From positions 32,001 to 96,000 of IMG/VR virus record IMGVR_UViG_3300038499_000016: a stretch of DNA of 64,000 nucleotides. One strand, 5' to 3'. Source of the stretch: a virus (lineage: Duplodnaviria > Caudoviricetes). Below the pieces are notes generated by a model that ran no database searches, was not told the DNA's origin, and saw only the letters and a list, made by a program, of their open reading frames with translations. Made by a program: the position numbers and the translations under genes. Shown here one piece after another: positions 18,955 to 27,016 of the stretch (positions are counted from its first letter, which is position 1; each line of letters starts with the position of its first letter).

Positions 18955-20353
18955 AGTTGCCGTCTGTTCCAAAATCCAGGACTACCCGACAGGTCTCTTT
19001 GACCCTGCCGAGACCTATCCAGAGTACCCCTTCATGTCCCTATCCATGAGTAATGAGGTCTACAAAGCCGTACGAGACCTTTTCCATCTCCTAAATCTAG
19101 ACGATGAGAACTGGAACACACCTAAATGGAATCCTCTTGGATATCTAATCAAGCCTGGAATGACCGTTGTCATAAAGCCCAATTTCGTTCTCAGTCAGCA
19201 TAATAATGGCGGTAATCTATTCTCAATAATCACCCACCCATCAGTCATCAGAGCGATAACAGACTACTGCTACATAGCCATGAAGGGGGCAGGCCGGGTG
19301 ATTGTAGCGGATGCCCCACAATACGACTGTCATTGGGAACAACTTATATGGGCCACCGATCTTAAAACCGTTCAAAAATTCTACAACAGTAAGACATTCA
19401 CCTTCGAGATTCAGGATCTACGTTCCTATTGGTCGAGAAAGAAACATTTCGAGTCCATGCTCGAGCCCTTGCCAGGAGACCCTCTAGGCTCCTTACCAAT
19501 AAACATAAAAACCAACAGCATGATCTGGATCAACGAAGATCTCTACGGAGCCTGCTACAACCGCAAAGAGCTCCTACGCTACCATCACGACAACACCCAT
19601 AAATACGTCGTATCAAAAACCATTATGAATGCCGACGTAGTGATTTCAGTACCAAAACTGAAAGTACACAAAAAGGTCGGCGTAACTCTGAACATCAAAG
19701 GACTAGTAGGCACCGTCACAAACAAAAACTGTCTTGCTCACTACACCCTGAAATCCGCCCTAAGAATGGGTGATCAATATCCGGACGGATTATTAACCTG
19801 CACAGAACGCTTCCTCATAGGTCTAGAACGATGGATGTACGACCACCTATTGTGCAGAGGCTTCTTCCTGGAACACCTGCACCACAGTATCTATTGGCTG
19901 CACAATCACACCACAAAACTACTCGGTCTGAAAGTAGATCCCCTGAAAAGACTTCTGGATGCCGGCAACTGGTATGGGAATGACACGGCCTGGAGAATGG
20001 CTGATGACCTCTACAAGATTTTCATGTTTGTAGACCGTCATGGACAGCTACAAGAAAAACCACAAAGAAAAGTTTTCACCATCATCGACGGCGTGATAGG
20101 AGGGGAAAATAACGGTCCCCTTACCCCCACACCGGTGAAAGCAGGAGTCCTCATAGCCAGCGACAACTTACTTACCGCGGACCTGGTAGCCACACAGCTC
20201 ATGGGTTTTGACCCTATGAGACTTCGTATGTACTCAAATCTCATGACCGGAGAATACGGTCCCCATACGCTTGAAGACATTCAGGTTTTGTCCAATGAAC
20301 CGATCGTCTGTCCAACATTCAAACCACATCCCGGATGGATAGGGCACATATGA
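18908..20353 (+). CDS. DUF362 family protein
   Basis: VVIKPNFV, ITHP, VPKLKVHKKVGVTLNIKGLVG, IIDG..GGE.NGP; start uncertain. Confidence 0.82.
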   Translation: MENTDSSFRSYPLAYKVAVCSKIQDYPTGLFDPAETYPEYPFMSLSMSNEVYKAVRDLFHLLNLDDENWNTPKWNPLGYLIKPGMTVVIKPNFVLSQHNNGGNLFSIITHPSVIRAITDYCYIAMKGAGRVIVADAPQYDCHWEQLIWATDLKTVQKFYNSKTFTFEIQDLRSYWSRKKHFESMLEPLPGDPLGSLPINIKTNSMIWINEDLYGACYNRKELLRYHHDNTHKYVVSKTIMNADVVISVPKLKVHKKVGVTLNIKGLVGTVTNKNCLAHYTLKSALRMGDQYPDGLLTCTERFLIGLERWMYDHLLCRGFFLEHLHHSIYWLHNHTTKLLGLKVDPLKRLLDAGNWYGNDTAWRMADDLYKIFMFVDRHGQLQEKPQRKVFTIIDGVIGGENNGPLTPTPVKAGVLIASDNLLTADLVATQLMGFDPMRLRMYSNLMTGEYGPHTLEDIQVLSNEPIVCPTFKPHPGWIGHI

Positions 20354-21663
20354 CATCAATATCTGTTATAGGACTTGGTAAGTTAGGACTCTGCCTGGCA
20401 GTTTGTTATGCGGAACGGGGATTCAAGGTCATTGGAGTAGACATCAATGATGAAGTCATAGACAAGGTGAATGCCGGCAAAGCCCCTTGGTTCGAACCTC
20501 GTCTTGCTGAGCTCTTGGCAAAACACGGTGGAACCAACCTTCAAGCCACTAATCAGCACTATAGAGCCATCAACGAGACAGACATCACCATCATTCTGAC
20601 GGCTACTCCAAGTAATCCTGATGGCAGCTTCTCAAATTGTTACATAGAGGATGCTCTGAAAGCTTTAGCCGAGTCTTTCAAGGACAAAAAGGCATACCAC
20701 CTGTTCGTGATATCCTCCACGGTTATGCCAGGATCTATTGGAGGATTCATCGATATCCTAGAAAAACATTCTGGTAAAGCCTATAACGAGCAATTCGGGG
20801 TAGCATATGACCCTGATTTCGTGGCACTGGGTAATGTCATCAAGGGCTTTCTGGAACCCGACCTGGTAGTCATTGGTCAGTCCCGTCCTGAAGTAGGAGA
20901 CAGGATAGAGGCCCTGCACCACGAGCTCTGCATCAACAAGCCGGCCATCAACAGGATGTCTCTTATCTCTGCGGAGATGGCCAAGGTCTGCCTGAATGCT
21001 TACATAACCATGAAGATTTCTTTCGCAAACACCATTGGGAATCTTTGTGAGAAGATACCCAATACGGATCCCGATGCCATCACAAGAGCTATAGGAGCGG
21101 ACAGACGTATTTCTCCGTACTACCTGCAGAGTGGATTAAGTTTTGGTGGTACGTGTTTTGGAAGAGATGTTAAAGCTTTTACGGCATTGACTCAGAAATA
21201 CGATGTTGATACCGGGGCCGTACTGATGAAGACGGTGAACGCCATCAATCGTTATCAGGACAAACGCCTGGCGGAAATTGTAGAAGGTCTAGCAGGAAAG
21301 AAGTCGACTGTAGGGATATTGGGTCTTTCATTCACGGACAACACCCCGGTCATTGTTGAGTCCCCGGCCGTTAAACTTATCAAAATCCTTCTCGATAGCG
21401 AGATCTCGGTTACGGTTTACGACCCTCTAGCTATGGACAATACCCGGGCCCTGTTTGAGAACTCGGTCATATATGCCCGGTCCATGCAGGAGTGTCTGTC
21501 CGCGGATGTATGTGTTGTCACTCTGAGGTCTCAAAAATACAAAGAGGCCGTAGAGACTTTTATTCCCAAGAAGTCATTGACCGTGGTGGATTGCTGGAGG
21601 ATTCTGAATCCTGCTGTGCTGCGGGACAATAAAATCAGGCTGATTCGACTGTGGGCCTCTTGA
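20350..21663 (+). CDS. UDP-glucose/GDP-mannose dehydrogenase family protein
   Basis: GLGKLG, SSTVMPG, AEMAK, FGGTCFGRD. Confidence 0.93.
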   Translation: MTSISVIGLGKLGLCLAVCYAERGFKVIGVDINDEVIDKVNAGKAPWFEPRLAELLAKHGGTNLQATNQHYRAINETDITIILTATPSNPDGSFSNCYIEDALKALAESFKDKKAYHLFVISSTVMPGSIGGFIDILEKHSGKAYNEQFGVAYDPDFVALGNVIKGFLEPDLVVIGQSRPEVGDRIEALHHELCINKPAINRMSLISAEMAKVCLNAYITMKISFANTIGNLCEKIPNTDPDAITRAIGADRRISPYYLQSGLSFGGTCFGRDVKAFTALTQKYDVDTGAVLMKTVNAINRYQDKRLAEIVEGLAGKKSTVGILGLSFTDNTPVIVESPAVKLIKILLDSEISVTVYDPLAMDNTRALFENSVIYARSMQECLSADVCVVTLRSQKYKEAVETFIPKKSLTVVDCWRILNPAVLRDNKIRLIRLWAS

Positions 21664-21973
21664 GGATCGCGTATCTGCTAAGCCCAGGCTGTCGGATTTC
21701 TCGGAATGCGTCCAGAAAATCCGACAGGTCTTTTAAGCATTTGAATGTAATCATTTGATGGACATCGGAAAACTTTAAAGAAACAGAATATTTTGGCTCG
21801 AGCTCAGTGACGAGACTTTTAATAATGTGATCAAGATCAATCTTAAGGAATTTCCTAAGAATATATTCTTGATCTTCTGCGCGCAATCCCTCTAAGACAT
21901 CACAATACTTGTTCACTTTTCTTTCTTCCGAGCAAACTGTTCCAGAACTTTTTTGATTTTCTTGATGTTCCAA
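21635..21973 (-). CDS. Hypothetical protein (start uncertain)
   Basis: ORF track; last gene of the leftward unit, converging on the + cassette. Confidence 0.45.
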   Translation of the reverse strand: MEHQENQKSSGTVCSEERKVNKYCDVLEGLRAEDQEYILRKFLKIDLDHIIKSLVTELEPKYSVSLKFSDVHQMITFKCLKDLSDFLDAFREIRQPGLSRYAILKRPTVESA

Positions 21974-22101
21974 AAACGAGGGGACCGCTTAAAATCACAG
22001 GCGCACCACTTACCTTCTACCGTTAGCTTACACGCAGTGCATTTTGTAGCCTTGCAGAACTCTACCAACAATTCAAAATCACTTTTTTTCTTGTTCACCA
22101 C
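21913..22101 (-). CDS. Small Cys-rich hypothetical protein
   Basis: FC....C..C........C.......W pattern, similar to ORF 35297-35485. Confidence 0.55.
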   Translation of the reverse strand: MVNKKKSDFELLVEFCKATKCTACKLTVEGKWCACDFKRSPRFWNIKKIKKVLEQFARKKEK

Positions 22102-22342
22102 TTTTTATATTCCATCGAATTAAGTTATCGATTTCTTGTTTCAGGTCAGACCGACGGTAATCCTCTTTAACAGGATCACCTAAAAAAATGTAAACATCAC
22201 ATAGAGTTGTCACAAGATTTCTGTTACGTTCCTCTGATTCCAGATACATTTTAATATATCGCTGTCTGTCAACATACCATAAAACACAATAAAGACTCCC
22301 AAGTACTAATCCTGCCAATGTCCATAATACTACATCAGACAT
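22079..22342 (-). CDS. Small protein with N-terminal transmembrane helix
   Basis: VVLWTLAGLVLGSLYCVLWY; GAGGAG RBS. Confidence 0.6.
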   Translation of the reverse strand: MSDVVLWTLAGLVLGSLYCVLWYVDRQRYIKMYLESEERNRNLVTTLCDVYIFLGDPVKEDYRRSDLKQEIDNLIRWNIKSGEQEKK

Positions 22343-25196
22343 GGAACAACTCCTCTTTCCAACGCCGAGCTACATCTGCCCAGCTATACTTCTCAGTATT
22401 CTTGAATCCTCTCTCAGACCACTCTCTCCAGTAGTACTGATCAGTCATCAGTTTAATGGCCTGATCTAAAAATTGCTCCCGACCTTCTTTCGAATAAGGC
22501 CAGTAAGCTTCACCATTCCCAAGAAGGATACCACTATCCCCTATAGTAGTGATCGTTCCCGCGTACTTATTGGCAAGAACAGGCACCCCAGACCTCTGAC
22601 ACTCAATTCCGGTTATCCCGAACGTCTCTGAAAAAGCAGATGCATATAGCCATAAAGAAGCCTTTTTAGTCTCTATGGCCAAATCCTTCTGCCCTACCCG
22701 ACCGTGATAATATACGCCCTCCTGACACATCGCCTGCTCAAGTTCATCAATCTTCTTGAGCCCCTCCTTATCCCCTTTCTGCTCACAAGACTTCCTATAA
22801 TTCAGAGTGCCATAAAAAATGTGCAGCTCTAAATCAGGAACCGCCTTCTTTATAAACGGAAAGAGATACAAAACATTATCCAAACCCCTATCCAGAGAAG
22901 ACGACCAGTGCAATCTGTGTGGATGCCGTTCAACCTGTATCGAATCAAACTTTTCAAAACAGATCCCATTCGATGTCAGAGCCCACTTATCCTCAGGAAT
23001 CTTATGGTAGTCTTTCACAAAATCCCAATGCCACTTACTCAAAACACAGAACTTGTCCACCTTATCGAGAAAAAGCTGGGTCTTCTCTGAAAGCAGCCAC
23101 ACATCATGGATCATCACAAAGACTTTACCCGCCCTTATAGGGAACCGCAAAGTATCCGTAGTTCTGGACGATATGAAATAATCTATCCAGTGCTGTTCTA
23201 TGTATTGAGGATACTCGGTATAATGGAGATAGGGTATGTCCCCATCACTCAATCCTCGTTGTGGGCAATCAGCAAAAACCGTGACCCTATAGTCCAACTT
23301 CTGAAGTTCCCTGGCAAGCATCACCGCCCATGTCTCAGATCCTCCTATACCTCCCTCATCAACATTCCTGAAATCCCACGGCTGCCACATAGGCCCTGTG
23401 TAAATGACAACACTCTTCCTACCCCACAATGCATTGAGATGCTCATTAGTCTTCTTGTCTGCAGCATGATAGGATCCAGGGTCCTCAGCCTCAAGCAATT
23501 TTCTTGATACGGCACCCTGATGAAAGACGAATGACCTGTATGTCTGAAGGACCTTATACCCCTGCTGACGTATCCTCCGACATAGGTCTACATCTTCTCC
23601 ACTGTTCGTGAATTCCTCATTCAGAAGCCCTGCCTTATCTAAAGCCTCCCTCCGAATAAGAGTGCAATAGAACGCTACCCATTCCAAATCCTTTTCATTG
23701 GTATAAGGAGACTGATAAGCATATATCTGAGGTATGATAGGAATAATCTGCTCAAAAGTATTCACCCCAGGAAGTAACTCTACTCCACCGATATTGAAAG
23801 ACAGATTATGGGTCCATCCACGATCGCAATTAGAAAGAGGTCCTACAACCCCAACCTTGCCCTTACAGGCATCCACCATATGTCTCAACCAACCCTTACT
23901 AACAATCACATCATCATTCAGGATCATCACGTAAGGATTCTTACCCGCCTTAATACCTGCATTCACAGCCTGAGCAAAATTGCACCGATCCCGCTTTATG
24001 TATGTGATATCCCCCTGTTCCGAGAGATACTTATGTAACTCTTCATCGAGTCCATTGTTCACCACAATAGTCCGATACATCACATCAGTACAAGCCCTGA
24101 TGCTATCAAGACACAGCTTCAGACCCCGTAGATTTTTGTAGGTCGGTATGACTATGTCGACCTTCTTGGTATCCTGAAACGCGGATAGCCACTTAGATCC
24201 GATAGCCTCTAAAGAATAGCCCTTAGCAGCTATCAAAGCCCTCTGACCGAGTTCTCTTCGGATCTCTAGATCCTTAAGACTCTCCAGATGCTGTTTCCAT
24301 TCATCCTGGTCAGTAGCTATGAGGCAGCATCCTGGATGCTTCTCTAAGACTTGTAGATAGGCATACAGAGGTGAACAGATGACAGGTTTCCCTAATGATA
24401 GGGCTTGGGTCAAACGGTTATTGGACTTGGCGGGCTGGGTCTGATAGTTTGCCGGAACGATGATGATGTCAGCCCTCTTTAGATGCCCAAGCCAGGTATT
24501 ACGGTCCCACTTGATATCAGCGTTGTCCCACTCATGGATCGTAGTCAGAGTCATACCAAGTTCAGTAATCATAGGGCGGAGTTCTTCAGCCGAAACCGAG
24601 TTACCCCCGTAGCCTATCCAGTAGACTTTCAGAGGTCCCGCCTTCTCATAGGCAACTAACCATGAATGAGGGTTTTCCACTATAGTTACCCCAGGAAGGA
24701 CTTCTTCAAATTCTTTCCTGCCTATGTATCTAAGATGGAGCTCATTATCATCCGGTTTTGCCGGCGTAGTCGCCAATAGAGTTCCGCCTGGTTTAAGGAC
24801 ACGTAGGATCTCTTTAAGGGCCTTATCCAGATCAAGCACATGTTCTAAGATCTCACCAGCTATGACCACATCAAATAAGGCGTCTTCAAACTCAGTATCT
24901 TCTATGGGACGAACAAAGCACTCGGCCTTAGGAGCGTTCTTCTTCGTGTTCTCAACGAAGAAGGTAGCGATATCTATGGCTGTGACGTGGCATCCGACCT
25001 GTTCGGTCAGATACTTAGCTAGACCTCCGTTAGAGCACCCACAATCGAGGACTTTGTCTGTAGGCCTGATGTACTTGAGGTAGAACTCGGTACGATGCCA
25101 GTGAGGCCCTTCAGGACCAAACTTATCCAGATAAGGATAAGCAGGGGCATGGTCCTCGTGCCATTGTCGGTACTCTTCAAAAGTTTTTGGAGCCAT
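22335..25196 (-). CDS. Multidomain protein: SAM methyltransferase + GT-B C-terminal half + GT2 + GT4
   Basis: VLDCGCSNGG/EILEHV; KSNNRLTQALSLGKPVI; DIVIPTY..LNDDV; GIGGSETW..ETFGITGIE..GVPV. Confidence 0.88.
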   Translation of the reverse strand: MAPKTFEEYRQWHEDHAPAYPYLDKFGPEGPHWHRTEFYLKYIRPTDKVLDCGCSNGGLAKYLTEQVGCHVTAIDIATFFVENTKKNAPKAECFVRPIEDTEFEDALFDVVIAGEILEHVLDLDKALKEILRVLKPGGTLLATTPAKPDDNELHLRYIGRKEFEEVLPGVTIVENPHSWLVAYEKAGPLKVYWIGYGGNSVSAEELRPMITELGMTLTTIHEWDNADIKWDRNTWLGHLKRADIIIVPANYQTQPAKSNNRLTQALSLGKPVICSPLYAYLQVLEKHPGCCLIATDQDEWKQHLESLKDLEIRRELGQRALIAAKGYSLEAIGSKWLSAFQDTKKVDIVIPTYKNLRGLKLCLDSIRACTDVMYRTIVVNNGLDEELHKYLSEQGDITYIKRDRCNFAQAVNAGIKAGKNPYVMILNDDVIVSKGWLRHMVDACKGKVGVVGPLSNCDRGWTHNLSFNIGGVELLPGVNTFEQIIPIIPQIYAYQSPYTNEKDLEWVAFYCTLIRREALDKAGLLNEEFTNSGEDVDLCRRIRQQGYKVLQTYRSFVFHQGAVSRKLLEAEDPGSYHAADKKTNEHLNALWGRKSVVIYTGPMWQPWDFRNVDEGGIGGSETWAVMLARELQKLDYRVTVFADCPQRGLSDGDIPYLHYTEYPQYIEQHWIDYFISSRTTDTLRFPIRAGKVFVMIHDVWLLSEKTQLFLDKVDKFCVLSKWHWDFVKDYHKIPEDKWALTSNGICFEKFDSIQVERHPHRLHWSSSLDRGLDNVLYLFPFIKKAVPDLELHIFYGTLNYRKSCEQKGDKEGLKKIDELEQAMCQEGVYYHGRVGQKDLAIETKKASLWLYASAFSETFGITGIECQRSGVPVLANKYAGTITTIGDSGILLGNGEAYWPYSKEGREQFLDQAIKLMTDQYYWREWSERGFKNTEKYSWADVARRWKEELFHV

Positions 25197-25241
25197 TACA
25201 AGGTTCGGAAGCCCTATTTCTAAGGCCTCCGAAATCTCCTC

Positions 25242-26087
25242 TTAATTGATGATTTCCAGATCCTCAAAACCAAAGGCTGAGAGTTTATTGAGGTCCAGTT
25301 TATAGATTCTGAGAGGCTCGATATTACGTCTGATGAGGCCCAGCCTCCGAGATTCTTCTTCAAGATTCTTGATGGTCTGCTTCAGTGTATCAAGCTTTTT
25401 CACGTATTTCTGCAGCAGACTTCTCAGAGTACCTATCCGAGCTATCGCGGCATCTTCTTTTGTGCTATCAAGAGTATCCTCTATATCAAGAATAGCATCA
25501 GGAGAAGAAGTCCCAAGTCCAATACTTCCCGAAACTCCACAAGGGTCTGTTGTGCCACACAAACCTTGGATCCCTGTTGTACCTTGAAAACTGTTCATCG
25601 TGTAGCACGCAGAGGCTCCTACAATACCTTGAACTATTGACTCTTCCTTTTTCATGAACTCATCAAGTTCATCAAAACACGGCTTAAAGGCATCAAAGCC
25701 TTCCTCGAAACTAACGGCATGACCTCCTAGTTTTTGTGTCGTTACTTTATTGAAATCAAAAACAACATCACCACATTTTTTGACTATCTCATCTATCTGT
25801 CTTTGGAAAGGCTTGAGAAGGGTTTCCTTCTCATCATGACGCTCCACATAGAACAAATCCATTTCTCGAAGAATTTGTCTCTTCTTCTCAATGAACTCCT
25901 CTATCTTCGTCGCTATGCCTCTGTATTCCAGGACCTTCTGGATGATCGACTTTACCCGAGCATCAATGGCCTGCTGTACTTCAGAGCCTTTCTTCTCAAA
26001 CAGGATACCGATAATAGTGCCCTCAATGCCCGAAGCTGTGCAGAGAGGATCGTCAGCACTGATTCGCAACTGAGATCTGTAATCCAT
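25242..26087 (-). CDS. Coiled-coil hypothetical protein with a short collagen-like insert
   Basis: Heptad-rich termini; QGTTGIQGLCGTT; AAGGAG RBS. Confidence 0.7.
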   Translation of the reverse strand: MDYRSQLRISADDPLCTASGIEGTIIGILFEKKGSEVQQAIDARVKSIIQKVLEYRGIATKIEEFIEKKRQILREMDLFYVERHDEKETLLKPFQRQIDEIVKKCGDVVFDFNKVTTQKLGGHAVSFEEGFDAFKPCFDELDEFMKKEESIVQGIVGASACYTMNSFQGTTGIQGLCGTTDPCGVSGSIGLGTSSPDAILDIEDTLDSTKEDAAIARIGTLRSLLQKYVKKLDTLKQTIKNLEEESRRLGLIRRNIEPLRIYKLDLNKLSAFGFEDLEIIN

Positions 26088-26163
26088 CTGGTACTCCTTC
26101 TGATGGGTATTCGTACTTATTTTGCGAATCGTGCCTTATGTAGGTCTATCGACTCTGTCTTCG

Positions 26164-26358
26164 TCAATCTATCAACAATTTTTCAAATGTCTTAGCAACA
26201 GGCTTTAGAAGTTTTGTGAGCACTTTTGTATTCACTTCTTTTATAGATAGCATACCCAAAACAGCATTAACACTAGCTCTGCTATCACAAATCTCTTCCT
26301 GCTGTTTCTTAGTCAGCTTCTTCCACACGTGCCAACCGAGATATTCTTTAGGGAGCAT
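26164..26358 (-). CDS. Hypothetical protein
   Basis: ORF track; GGAG upstream. Confidence 0.5.
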   Translation of the reverse strand: MLPKEYLGWHVWKKLTKKQQEEICDSRASVNAVLGMLSIKEVNTKVLTKLLKPVAKTFEKLLID

Positions 26359-26387
26359 ATTATTTTTCTCCCGGAATTAAGACGACT

Positions 26388-26795
26388 TTAACACCGTTTT
26401 TCAAGCAACCAAGCAAGATACCGTAACCATTCCGGAATGCACTTAGTTACATAATAGGAGTTCGGCGTACTGTCTACTAAGCGCATTTTAGATATGATAT
26501 ATTCTAAACACTGAGATATTGTCACTCCACTACTCAACAATTCTTTCATCTCCTTCGCATTTTTCTCGCTGTAGTAATCCTCACTAGGACCTATACCAGT
26601 ACTTCCAGATACAAGAGGCGGTATTTCCAAACACTTAGCATTTCCAACTCCTTGAATACCTCGAACTGCTTGAATATTATGCAGAGCCTCATGTACTTCT
26701 ATTATTCGTTCCAATTCCCCAAAGCCAGCCGTACAGGTTTGAGCTACAGGATTTTGCGCTACACCTGCTTTTTCCATCGTGGGGTCTGAACTCAT
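26388..26795 (-). CDS. Hypothetical protein
   Basis: ATG 26795 with GAAGGAG RBS and ATGA overlap. Confidence 0.55.
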   Translation of the reverse strand: MSSDPTMEKAGVAQNPVAQTCTAGFGELERIIEVHEALHNIQAVRGIQGVGNAKCLEIPPLVSGSTGIGPSEDYYSEKNAKEMKELLSSGVTISQCLEYIISKMRLVDSTPNSYYVTKCIPEWLRYLAWLLEKRC

Positions 26796-27016
26796 ACAAA
26801 CTCCTTCTGAATGTTTATTGGGTCCGTCTTCGGGAAATGATAAGTCCATCCATGTCCTCTAGGACATACGAGATCATAATAGACCCCATGCCAGCCGTAC
26901 AGTATCTTCGATTTGGGAAACCCACACACATGGCAAGGACCGTACTCCTCAATAGGAGCAACATTCAATTCCTGATAGGGATTATGATTCCCAGGCGTCT
27001 TCGATGACTTCAACAT
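26792..27016 (-). CDS. Small Zn-ribbon-like hypothetical protein (true start probably downstream)
   Basis: CHVCG...CPRGH. Confidence 0.45.
   Translation of the reverse strand: MLKSSKTPGNHNPYQELNVAPIEEYGPCHVCGFPKSKILYGWHGVYYDLVCPRGHGWTYHFPKTDPINIQKEFV

Noticed and set aside
1-21663. Ordinary host O-antigen/capsule locus next to a prophage
   Set aside because: No Wzx/Wzy/ABC or housekeeping genes, no att/integrase boundary seen, and the locus carries the same upstream motif as the capsid genes; genes left of the window cannot be excluded
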